A stretch of 64,000 bases of DNA from Auanema rhodensis (taxonomy: Eukaryota > Animalia > Nematoda): positions 13,144,001 to 13,208,000 of the forward strand of contig OZ059896.1 of NCBI GenBank assembly GCA_964057225.1. The letters run 5' to 3'. The notes under the pieces were generated by a model, which made no database searches, had not been told where the DNA came from, and saw nothing but the letters and a program-made list of their open reading frames with translations. Each line of letters starts with the position of its first letter. The stretch's first letter is position 1. Of this stretch, positions 14,348 through 27,933 are shown one piece after another. The position numbers and the translations under genes were made by a program.

Positions 14348-15488
14348 TCCATATTAGTCTGAAAACAAATTTTTATTGATATTGGTTCATGGTAACCATG
14401 ACTTTGAAATTTACGTGAACTTTAATTCATGCTAATTAATTGTACACGTGATGTGCACATGGTATGTAACTCGCTTCCCGTTAAAGATAAAGAGATGCGG
14501 TTTTCAAAATTAGATTACCCTTGTCCATATTAATCTAAGAACAAATTTTTATTTACACGTGATGTGCACATGGTATGTAACTCGCTTCCCGTGAAAGATA
14601 AAGAGACGCGGTTTTCAAAATTAGATTCCCCATGTCCATATTAGTCTAAACACAAATTTTAGTCGATATTGGTTCATGGTAACCATGACTTTGAAATTTA
14701 CGTGAACTTTAATTTATGCTAATTAATTGTACACGTGATGTGCACATGGTATATAACTCGCTTCCCGTTAAAGATAAAGAGACGCGGTTTTCAAAATTAG
14801 ATTCCCCATGTCCATATTAGTCTAAACACAAATTTTATTCGATATTGGTTCATGGTAACCATGACTTTGAAATTTACGTGAACTTTAATTTATGCTTATT
14901 AAATGTACACGTGATGTGCACATGGTATGTAACTCGCTTCCCGTGAAAGATAAAGAGACGCGGTTTTCAAAATTAGATTCCCCATGTCCATATTAGTCTA
15001 AACACAAATTTTATTCGATATTGGTTCATGGTAACCATGACTTTGATATTTACGTGAACTTTAATTTATGCTTATTAAATGTACACGTGATGTGCACATG
15101 GTATGTAACTCGCTTCCCGTGAAAGATAAAGAGACGCGGTTTTCAAAATTAGATTCCCCATGTCCATATTAGTCTAAACACAAATTTTATTCGATATTGG
15201 TTCATGGTAACCATGACTTTGAAATTTACGTGAACTTTAATTTATGCTTATTAAATGTACACGTGATGTGCACATGGTATGTAACTCGCTTCCCGTGAAA
15301 GATAAAGAGACGCGGTTTTCAAAATTAGATTCCCCATGTCCATATTAGTCTAAACACAAATTTTAGTCGATATTGGTTCATGGTAACCATGACTTTGAAA
15401 TTTACGTGAACTTTAATTTATGCTAATTAATTGTACACGTGATGTGCACATGGTATGTAACTCGCTTCCCCTGAAAGATAAAGAGATG
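14348..15488 (+). repeat. 176-bp satellite, terminal forward block (~6.5 monomers), mostly a distinct variant subfamily
   Basis: 14348-14552 mirrors 11725-11926. After a deletion at about 14553, monomers carry private variants GAGACGCGG, ATTCCCCATG and CTAAACACAA. Confidence 0.97.
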
Positions 15489-15519
15489 AGGTCCAATTTT
15501 GCTTATATCAAACAGTTTT

Positions 15520-15690
15520 TTATTTGGTTTACAAGTTTTAAATTACAGATTTCAATAAGAATGGTACGGGAAACGGTTTCAAACACGAACTCAAGTGTTC
15601 GGATAAATCATTCTTTGGGTGGTACGCCCTGGTTTAGCTAAATCAGTTCAATTAGATATGAAGAAGATCCGAGACTTATGCATAAATTAC
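15520..15690. other. Templated patchwork of nhr-8 fragments at the satellite junction
   Basis: 15520-15556 is the exact reverse complement of 17399-17435. 15559-15690 is a direct copy of 17213-17358 with 2 substitutions and a 14-bp deletion between ATTC microhomologies. Confidence 0.95.
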
Positions 15691-16040
15691 GCGAAAGGGG
15701 CGGGACTTAATTCTTGGTGGGTATAAACTGTAGTCAAGCCATTTTTTCATTTTTTTAATATTATAATTCTAAAGTTTGTATTTTATTTTAATCACTATGA
15801 AGCTTTAATATACAGCTTCGTAACTCAGGTGTGGACACTAATTTCGCACATAAGAAGTTCATAAATTATTCTTACCGTAATCTTCTTTTCTAATGGCTTG
15901 GGCTAAGCCTGTACTAAAACTGCTCTATTTTTATGAATAAAAAGCCTAGAGGTACACTGTCAATAATTTAAAAATATTTATTCTATGATATATATTATTT
16001 GAAGAAAATACTTAACTTAAAATAAAACCTTTCAGTGCTC

Positions 16041-18155
16041 CTACATATCAAACAATTCTTTTATCAAAGGGTCTAACTGCATACTATCAAATCCACAATA
16101 TATTCGAACCAGTCCTTGGTTTAATTGTCGAAGATCATTTAGGTTACATAGTAGTCTGTTAAACATAGATTTAGCTTCGTTATGCCCAAATTCACATTCG
16201 AGTACTCTTAAGATTTATGTTTTTTTTTTGCAATTTGAGGAACGCACTTTTTCAATAATATCATATACCGTTCTTGTGTTTCAGCAACTCTTCCTTGTTC
16301 TTCCAGCCTTGGACGATCTGCTTGAAAAATTAATATAGCCATTAGTACTAATATAACATTTTCAGCTTTGCGTACTCTGTCATCAAAACTTTCAAGAAAC
16401 CTGAATCATTATAATATAAAATTCTAAATATTTTAGCTACCTCTTATGTTCTTCAAAATGTTGAGATTCCACTGTCCTCTTGAGTACATCCAATTTTATT
16501 TCCATACCTCGCATGTCCTAATGAACAACTTAATTGATTTCTTGGTTTTTACGAACCTGAGTAAATGAATGAGACCACATTTTTTTCTGAGCATCATATG
16601 CCATAACGCCTCGGAGAATCATAAGTTCGCTACAAGATCCTGCAATACTTTTCTATCTTCTTTTTTTATTTCTCATCAACTTTTATCAACAAGTATTTTA
16701 TCAGTAAACATACCTTTAATCAAGGTCTTCTTATCCTCTAAAGACAAAACAGTAAAAGACTCTAACTCTCTAGCCATGCAAACTATCCTGCGTAAGGCAG
16801 TTTCTGTAATTCGCACAATATCAAGTAGTGAGAGTTGCTGATTATCAAACTGCATATCTAATGGATTGTTCAATGGTTCTGCTGCTCTCACTAATTCCTA
16901 AATTCTCTTTTGGTTCGAGTACACATGAAATTATATTATCTCACTTGTAAAAGTAAGAATTCGTGTGGAAGTAGTCCTGCATATTTCTCTTTATTGGAAG
17001 AATTAGCCATTTTAATTAAAGTTGATACTTGGCTGACGGGATTTAATCCGAAAGATGGCTTGATTTCTGCAAATTCGTATAATAAAAGCGTTTTTGGATA
17101 TATTACCCATGGTACAATTCCAAAACGAATTTCCATTATCGTTATCAAGATGTTTGAACGGGTTCACGATATTCAAAGCTTGGTGATTGGTTCGTGCATT
17201 TATTGATTGAACGAATGGTACGGGCAACGGTTTCAAACACGAACTCAAGTTTTCGGATAAATCATTCCGCCGGGGAAATTCTTTGGGTGGTACGCCCTGG
17301 TTTAGCTAAATCAGTTCAATTAGATATGAAGAAGATCCGAGACTTATGCATAAATTACTTCTGATATTTTTTCGTTTACTCCTCTTGCGCTCTCAATCAT
17401 TGAAATCTGTAATTTAAAACTTGTAAACCAAATAATTTTAACTTATTTACATTTACTCCTGTTGAGTTAAATAAAGATGTGCCAGTCGGAAAAAATCCAC
17501 ATTTGCATGTACAAGTACAATGAGATCTTGGGCTCAGCTAAAAAATTATTTGTTCAAAAAAAACTAAACCTCTATATCGTATTGAGCAAATTTTGGAGTT
17601 TTATTCATTTAAAACTATCTACTGTGAACAATCGACTGAGTTAAAGATAAAATAAATATTACTTTCTCTTCAGTATGTTTTTTCCGACGAGGTCTCTTTT
17701 GATCGCGCATTGGTTCAAGTAGCCAACCGTTTTGCATACCTACCTATAAAATATGCATGAAACATAAAACATTTATCTATCTCACTGTAAAGCATTTTTT
17801 CAGTCTACAAGCTTGGCAGAAACGTCTTGAAGCTGAAGTTATACCACAACTATTGGCAAACGGACACTTTATTTCCTAAGTTTAAACAATCATATCAGAA
17901 AAGTTGTTGTTCATTTCGTGTTACTTTAGATTTACCGGCGTTTCTTCTAAAAAAAGCTTTGCATGATTCACAACTCAAAACTCCGAAATTATAACCATTT
18001 GCTTTATCACCGCATACCTAGCATGACAAAAGAATTAATTTCAAACAAATTGAGTTTACCTGGCATACTCTACCTGTATTCATGCAAGGAATTGGAACTG
18101 CATTTCTAGTAGCTTTTTCATTTTCAGTGGACGACTCGTTGGAGGGAATATTCAT
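16041..18155 (-). CDS. nhr-8: Nuclear hormone receptor NHR-8 (NR1J, DAF-12/NHR-8 group), multi-exon
   Basis: Spliced DBD reads RVCQ|[56 protein letters not shown] (ESCKA P-box). CxCxCxCGFFP hinge motif. [26 protein letters not shown]..; ends [10 protein letters not shown]. Confidence 0.88.
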
Positions 18156-18505
18156 GTTAGAATGTATATTACGTCCTTATCAATATTGATTCTTTAACCA
18201 TATCACTATTACTTCATTCATAAATAATACATGTCAAGAACTATTCTACATACAATGGTAACTGGAGTCTAAATGATCATTAAATGTTTTAATAAATATT
18301 ATAATCTCATTCATTAAATTTTGTAAAAATTATTTATTAGTTTGTCACATAACATTCTTTCTGTTTTTAATTGAACAATGGACAAAGAAATGTTCCAATA
18401 CTCTGGATATATCAAAACAAAGGCTATTTTCATAAACTTTTGTTTGAACAGCATTAATAAAGAGATACATATATAGCTGACAGTAATCGAAAATTCGTTT
18501 ACAAA

Positions 18506-20211
<1,706 letters not shown>

Positions 20212-20258
20212 ATTTTTATTTATTGGCCCATAACTTATGAATCATTAAAACTTAGTTT

Positions 20259-21309
20259 TTATAGTTTGATATACAACAAACAAGTAACTATTAAAGCAAC
20301 AATAATTATGTTATGTGACAAAGAAGTATTGCAAAACTGTTTATCTTTGCAGAAGCACTGTTCGTATTTAGTTTTCATAGGTAATCCGCCTGGTGTTAAA
20401 AAAACATTGCTTGACGAGCAATAACTGTCTATTCCAAATATGTTCACATTTGAACAACTTTTGACAACTTGATATTTTCCTTAATATTCAATTATTACGG
20501 CTTACATATGAAATTTATACCTTGGAAATTAACTTTTTGTTTCATGCAATATCGTTTATTGCATTTACCTTCCTTACAATTGCTTCCCTCACTCGCAAGG
20601 CAATCATAACAAGGAATAAGAGCATTGTTATTGCCTGTAATTATACATATTCAAGTTTAGATGATTAAGAACTAACCAGCTATAGTAGGTTGTGAACACG
20701 AATCAAATGAGTTCCTATCATTACATTTGGACACTCCACTAAATTACATGAAATACTTGTCATCAATAGTCATCACTTACTTGCAGAATTCAACCAGCAT
20801 TTTTCTCTCGGTCAAAGAGCCTTTACTATTTGTTATTTTGTATGCAGTATCAATTTCACAATACTTTGATGTACCCGTAGGAAGCCTTTGAGTAGTCACC
20901 TGCATAACGCTGGAATGGCATCCACGGACAAATAGTGGTAGACTATTACTTTGTTCTGAAATATACAAACTTTCATGAATACTTGGGTGTTCACTTACCA
21001 TCAGGATCTTCAAATATCATCGTAAAACAAGGGCCATTGCATGATTCCGTGGATGAGATCCCTTTCTGATGCCCATAGTATTAAAAAAAATTTTTTAAAT
21101 AATTACCACATCTCTGCAATCTGTGAAGACACCGTCACTCATTCTTGGCAATCCTGTGAGAAACCAACGACTTTTCAGTTCTTTCGAAGCACACTAGGAA
21201 ACAAATGCTAGAGAAGGAAACGTTGGAATCATACCGTAACGCATTCTAGATTTAAATCTTGAGAATGAATTTGAAGCACCAACAAAAATAGAGTGATATA
21301 ACCAAGCAT
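20259..21309 (-). CDS. Secreted or GPI-anchored Cys-rich Ly6/three-finger-like (quiver-type) protein
   Basis: Signal peptide MLGYITLFLLVLQIHS, ECVT|CAS.., FVRGC, two Cys-rich modules, CFCKDKQFCN, then a hydrophobic C-terminal tail. Confidence 0.65.
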
Positions 21310-21716
21310 TTCAAAATAGAACACTTTTTCCACACTTTCTTCTTATAAGGGTGGTATGATCCCATGATAATCCACAATTAGTCAGCATCAATATATATAT
21401 ATGAACAAGCTAGTACCAAGTGGGACTGAGTATACATTAGTAATATAATCACTATCATCTTTCCAGAATTACAATCGTCATCAATTCAAACACTTTAAAA
21501 TTTATTCCAAAAACTTTCCCTTGACCCAATCAATAAAATTCAAATCATAATTACGCTAAAAAAATAAGTAAAGCAACAACAAACAACTTCGGCGAAATTA
21601 GCAATTGCACCAATACGGAAAATGTTTCCCAAAACTTCCATAACAACTATGTGATTTAGCCCTAACAAAGAATAAAACACAAGAAAACGGGAAATGACTC
21701 AAAAATAGAAGCAGTA

Positions 21717-24700
21717 TCACTGTGGCGCGTCGTTTTCGTTCGTCTGTTGGTAAATTTTAGTCTGTTGTTCCCATAGTTTCTCTAATTTCTTACGCAGCTT
21801 CTTTGAAAGCTGGAAAGGAAATATATAAAAAATGAAAAATATTGTCATCGAACCTCCTCCCCATTTGCTGTATGAGTTGGTATGCCCTGTTCGTCCCAAG
21901 AAGAGTACTTTTTCCCTTCTTCTCCTGAACGGAACATATCCACCGGATTTATTCTTTTAGCAGCAGCTTTAGCAGCTTCTTTAATAGCTCGCTCTGCAGC
22001 TTTACGCTCCTTTTCCTGTTTAATATAATAAAAATAACACATATCCTAAAGCAAACAAACTAGACGTTTTTGCTCTTCTATTGCCTTTTTCTGTTCCTGT
22101 TCTTTTTTCAACGTTTCTCTATCAACCAGCTTAACAACAGTTTGTCCGGATCGGTCTTCAAGACGTACGCCCAGTTCAGGTAGAATTTCATCACGTAACT
22201 TGTCACATTCCTATTATAAATGACTTAAAACCTTAGGTACTTTTTTCATACTTCCAAAATTTGAGGGATTTTCTCATTTTTACCAATAACACGAATATTC
22301 TCTCGAAAATCACTTAACGTCATCAAATAGGGCATTAATAACGACTCGTGTGATGACCCATCAGAGCTAAATTCAAATAGTTACATGAAAACAATATTGA
22401 AATCAAACCCAGTTCCATCTATTGGATATCCAATTTCTTGATTACTCGAAACTACACCGAATACTTTGAATATACCAGTAATATATAGAGCAATCTTTCG
22501 AAGCAGTACACAGTTTGGAATCGTATTTTCATGTTCCTTGAACAAAATATTCAAACATATATTTATAAAGAAAATGTGGATACCTTTTCTAAAATATAAG
22601 CATTACCCATAGCAACAAGCTCTCGTATTTTGTTAAGGACAGTCCTAGTATCAACAGAATCACATAACGCAGCATGAATCTGATAAAAATAAATAGAATC
22701 AAAATACGCTTAACCCACTTCTTCTTTAATTCGCGACAATTCGTTGAGAAGTGTTAAATCAGATTGAGAATACTTAACATACCCCTAAAACTCAGTATAA
22801 GTATTAAAAGTCATTCAAAAAAGCATACTGATGAGCTATCTGGCTTGTAATTTTTTCTAAGATAATCTTTCACGAGTAAGAAGAACTCATTAGTGACCTT
22901 CTCAAAGTTTTGAGCTAGTTCCATCGTCGATGCACTTAAAATATCATAATTACTTTTGCACATAACTTGGAAAAAACCTATAATCAAGAACATCAGTCCA
23001 ATTGTGCATTAAAAATAGAAATCTCAATTGTCGTGAAGAATAGGACCGCAAGGCATCCCGAATTGTAATGAAGTTTTTCAAAGATTTGCTCATTTTCAAC
23101 CCAGCGATTTTCAATGTTCCACAATGTAAGAAATAATTTACCCAATGGGACTCGTCACTATGCGCCTCACACTGAAGGTATTTTGATCTACTTTAATAAA
23201 ACGCTTTTAAGTACTTGAGCAATCTCGTTATCGTGATGAGGAAATTTAAGATCAAATCCACCAGCATGAATATCTAATTTCTCCCCACAAATATCAGAGC
23301 ACATTGCAGAGCATTCTATATGCCACCCAGGTCGTCCTTAAAAATATGACAAACGCATCAAAACTAGAACTGTGTAAAAAATTACCTTGTCCCCAAGGAG
23401 AGTCCCAAAATGGCTCTCCCGGCTTCGACGATTTCCATAACGCAAAATCAGAAAGATTACGTTTGCCCTAAACAATGCAAATGAATATTTTTCACAAGAT
23501 GTGTTCACCTGCGACACAGTTAATTCTCCTTCAGCATCAAGTAGAGTTTTATTAACTTGACTTTCTGTCACTGCCTCGGGTACTAACTTCGCATAAAAAT
23601 GTTTAGGATTTCTCTTAAAATTTTCAGTATCAAAATAAACCTGAAAAAAATCATACTAAATTTTTCCAAAGATGATGTTAGCCTAAGAACATACCGATCC
23701 ATCAGTTGTAGCATATGCATACTTGTTTTTAATAATTTTTTCAATGTAACTTATTACTTCAGGGACATATTCGGAAACACGAGTTAACACGTCCGGCGGC
23801 AGTACATTCAATCTATGCATATCAGCAAGGAATTCATTTTCATAACTACAATCAAGTCTCATTATACACTTAAATAGTCTTATATTATACTTACGTTTTA
23901 GCCAAATTATTGAAAATAGAATGATCAGTGATATCTTTGCCGTATTTAGAATCTAACCAATCAGAGAGTATATCTCGCGCATCATTTAAGAGTCTGCCCT
24001 AAAATTTACAAAAGAAAGGAATAAAGCAGACATATTTATCAACAACCCACCTTAGCAGATTCTATGCTCGGTGAATCTCCATCTATTAAAGCTTGTTCGA
24101 GCAATTTTGCAGAGGACTCAACTTGGGCTATCTTGAATACTTTGTTTTCCAGAAAACAAAAATATGAAAAAATACCATTTTTGCTTGCATAGTCCTTTTA
24201 TCTTCATCTCCTTCCTTTTCATATTTTATCTGGAAACAAGTATTAATATTTGTGATTTTTTTCCGTTAACCTTGAAATGCTCCAAAGAAGATATAACATC
24301 CGAAGCTAAATCTTCAACGGAAGGTGCCTCTTTACCATCAACGTAATTAGTGAGAAGATGACGTTGTCGCGCTCTGTTTGAAATAATTTACAAAATCTAT
24401 ATAAGTCACACCTCTTTATGATTTTGTCATCGACATCAGTTATATTCATAATGAATTGAACATCATAACCAAAATATTCTTCTAATACTCTGCGCAAGAT
24501 ATCAAAGGATAGGTAAGCTCGTGCATGTCCCATATGTGCAGAATCATACACAGTGGGACCACAAATGTACCATTTTACCTGAAAATTCGACTTTAAGAAA
24601 TAATAAATAATAATAGTAAAACCTTATTTCCTTCATTAGGGACAAAGCTTTCCTTTTTTCTACTTAAACTGTTGTATAATGTAAGAGAAGGAGGAGGATA

Positions 24701-24794
24701 CTTATTATTGGGAGTGCTCCACGGTATCTGAACTCGTTTTGCTAAAAATATAATTGTATATTTACATTTTTTAATATTAATTACCCTCTGTCAT
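21717..24794 (-). CDS. cars-1: Cysteinyl-tRNA synthetase
   Basis: [59 protein letters not shown] and KMSKSL motifs across exons. C-terminal [20 protein letters not shown]. Confidence 0.95.
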
Positions 24795-25978
24795 GGTATA
24801 ACCAAATTCTGCAAAACCACGAACGGCGAGCGAACGCAACGACGTTTTGAACCTGTAGAATAAAAACAATAAATAATCGTTTTTATAAATATCATAGAAT
24901 CCATAAAAATAAATTAATGTTAGTGATTCAATATGTATACTGAAGAATCGATTTTTTCGTGGGATAGATGAAAGCATACAATAGCTCCACAATGTAAACA
25001 TCGATATAAAACCATAGTGGTTGAATAATTGTTTTAGTTTAAGCATATTATGACAAATTCTATGGATGGTAATGCCCTCAAAAGTCCTACTTTAATCAGA
25101 ACAGGGGCTTTTGTGCACAATAACCCTAAACTTATATAGAAAACATCTCAAATAATAAAATAATTCAAATTAAAGGTCTGCTAATTTCTACGTTGGTCAA
25201 ATATGTATCGATTTTATAGAGTTCCAATATAACCGGAGATCTTTTGACCGAATCCCAGTAAACTTGGTAGTAATAATGTTTTTAAATCAAAGTGTTTTAT
25301 CAGTTTAATTACACATTAGTAATACTTCCAAAATTACGTGAAGTTGGCTATTAGACTTGACCCACTTGTAAATTACTAGGATAATTAGCTTACATTAAGA
25401 AATAATTGTAACAAAAAAATTATTTTCAATCTTGGTTTGTTTAGGTGGTGTCGACTAGTTTTGGAACTTCAAAAATCTAATTCTTGATTCCTATTATTGA
25501 GAGTTAAAACTATGCGAATTAAAATTATTAAAAAGTGAAAAACAAGCTACGGATTCCAAATTCATTACTAGCTTTAAACAAACGTGTTATTATTTTTCAT
25601 CTTCACATTGATTTATTAAACATGATTTTATTTCATAGCTAAAAATTAGATTATTTTGTATATTTATAATCTGCAGATGAATAATCAAATTCAATATAAA
25701 AAATGGATATGAAAATATAATACGAAACTGTTCATTTAAAAAGAGCAATGAGTTTTGGAGCTTGTTTTGTAGTCATCTTACAAACTTTAACAATTTTAGT
25801 ATGCATATATGTCCTAATTAGCTTCAATTATCAATAGAGGGAAACGAGTATTGCATGATTACTTTATTCTATTTTCTCATTAATTTGCCCCTTCCCTTAT
25901 TGTCCATTAGGTACGAGAGATCCTGTTTCTAAACAGCTATACAAAAAGAGATGAAATGACATTTTTTTAAAAAAGAAA

Positions 25979-27076
25979 ATGGAACTGCGTAGTAAGGTTT
26001 GTTTTTCTTGCATATAACAAAATTTTAAGATTCGTCAACACAAGTAAGAAATCATTATAAATATTCATTTCATTAGAATATTCAAGTACGACATTTTATT
26101 TCAGATGCAAGCTTATCGTGTAGTCGCTTATTCATCTATTGGTGTATCCATATCTATTATAATATCCGCGTTCATTACAATACCGCTTGTGAGTGTTTAT
26201 ATGAAGGAAGTATTATTTGGTCTAGATATGGATTTGAAGACTTGTTCGGTAAGTATTCTTTGATTGAAAAACTAAATTGTTTTTTTTTAGAAAATTGTAA
26301 AAGATATTTTAAATGATATGCAAGTTGTTGATACACATAATATAACTCGAACTAGACGGAATAATGATAATCCTATCTTACATGACTATCGTCCCAACAT
26401 TTTCGAAAAATGCAAATCTTGTTGTATACCAGGCCCGCGAGGACCTCCTGGACCTGTTGGACGTCCTGGTAAACCTGGTAAACCCGGAACTCCAGGAAAC
26501 CCTGGTAGTCCTGGAAATCCTCCGCGAGAGCCATGTCAAGTTATAACACCACCACCTTGCAATCCCTGCCCACCTGGACAGCCAGGTGAACCAGGTGTGC
26601 AAGGCCCTCAAGGAGAACCTGGTATACCTGGACATCCTGGTCTCCCTGGAAGTGATGGTGCTCCAGGCGAACCTGGTGAGCCAGGAGAACCAGGGGAGCC
26701 AGGTTACCCAGGAGATGATGGCTCATCAGGATTGCCAGGTGAATATAATTTTTATTATTGTGCTGAATTATGAGAAAAATAATTTCCAGGTGAATCAGCT
26801 CCAACTGAACCACTTCAAGCGGGGCCTCCTGGATCTCCTGGAGAATCAGGATCACCTGGCATTCCAGGAAAGCCGGGACGGAATGGGGGAGCTGGAATAA
26901 CAGGGCCACCTGGACAAAAAGGGATTGCGGGTCAAAATGGAACGCCTGGAAAAGATGGCCCTATAGGAGAACCAGGACCACAAGGTCCACCAGGATCACC
27001 CGGAGAACAAGGAGTTTGCCCCAAATACTGTGCGATCGATGGAGGAGTGTTTTTCGATGAAGGAATACGTCGATGA
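25979..27076 (+). CDS. Nematode cuticle collagen
   Basis: MELRSK|[12 protein letters not shown]-terminal TM domain, RTRR cleavage site, [11 protein letters not shown], Gly-X-Y blocks, C-terminus [19 protein letters not shown]. Confidence 0.93.
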
Positions 27077-27194
27077 GAAAATTAATAGATTAAATATGGA
27101 TATATTGATTCATTTGTTATACAATTCTAAGGAATAAATTTGATCTATGCTAAATTTATAAATAAAAATTTTTATTTTTTCATAACTGTCTTCT

Positions 27195-27590
27195 ATAACA
27201 CAGTTGCTTTACATCGGAGGATCTCAAACCCAAAAACTTTGCCAAGAATTGTTAACCTTTGAATCTGAATGAGATCGTCAAGAAATAAACATTAATTAAT
27301 TACTAATAATCTTAACGACACCTAATTGAAACAATATCTCATGAGTTCTAGTAATAATAAATTAATGATACCAACGCAATTTATTCTAAAATGTATAAAT
27401 TCTTTTTTTTTATTGTTCAGACGAAAGTTCTTTTTTGGTACGAGTTGCTGATGGATTCATCAGGATCATCGTTTAGGACACAGTGAACTACCGCAGATAG
27501 CAAATATAGTAAATAGTTCCCCTCCCTCAAAGTTAAATTTCAAAAATCATTCCATTCATTTTAGTTTGAACAGTCAAAGCCTAGTATAAA
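27195..27590 (-). pseudogene. Decayed partial duplicate of the cpsf-1 3-prime end
   Basis: 27195-27335 aligns with gaps to about 27880-28030 (CAAAAACTTTG.CAAGAATT..CCTTTGAATCTGAA.GAGATCGTCAAGAA). Weaker similarity of 27450-27590 to about 28215-28365. Confidence 0.7.
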
Positions 27591-27933
27591 AATGTTCATG
27601 TTAATTAAAATGTTTGCCTTGTTATTTCATTGTGTTTATATGTAATAAAGTTTAGATACATGACTTAGTGCGTACCCATATAAGTAAATATCAAAATGAA
27701 ACATAGACCTTATTACAAGGCTTTATTTTATAGTATATATTAACAACTGGAAGCACATTATAAATCTGTGCAGATGTCAAAAATTTTTCTTAATTTTAAT
27801 ACTTGTACATAGATATGATTTTGCATGGAATGAGTACAAGAAGAATTTTTATTGTGAATTTGAGTTAAATATTCTTCAATAATACAATTGTTTTACACTG
27901 GAAGATCTTCGTACGCAAAAACTTTGTCAAGAA

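Noticed and set aside
11921-14353. Intact transposon insertion with a target-site duplication
   Set aside because: The flanks are inverted (TATGGA/TCCATA), not direct repeats, so a simple insertion is not supported.
15420-15641. 73-aa ORF across the satellite junction
   Set aside because: Chance frame built from satellite plus the antisense strand of nhr-8 fragments.
15895-15950. Interstitial telomere array or telomerase RNA template
   Set aside because: Only 7-10-nt matches, no tandem TTAGGC units and no recognisable telomerase RNA structure. Kept only as a candidate break motif.
17570-17625. Extra nhr-8 exon ending at GAG|GTTTAG
   Set aside because: All frames after the available AG acceptors hit stops in TTTTAAATGAATAA. 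A single ~124-nt phase-0 intron keeps the frame.
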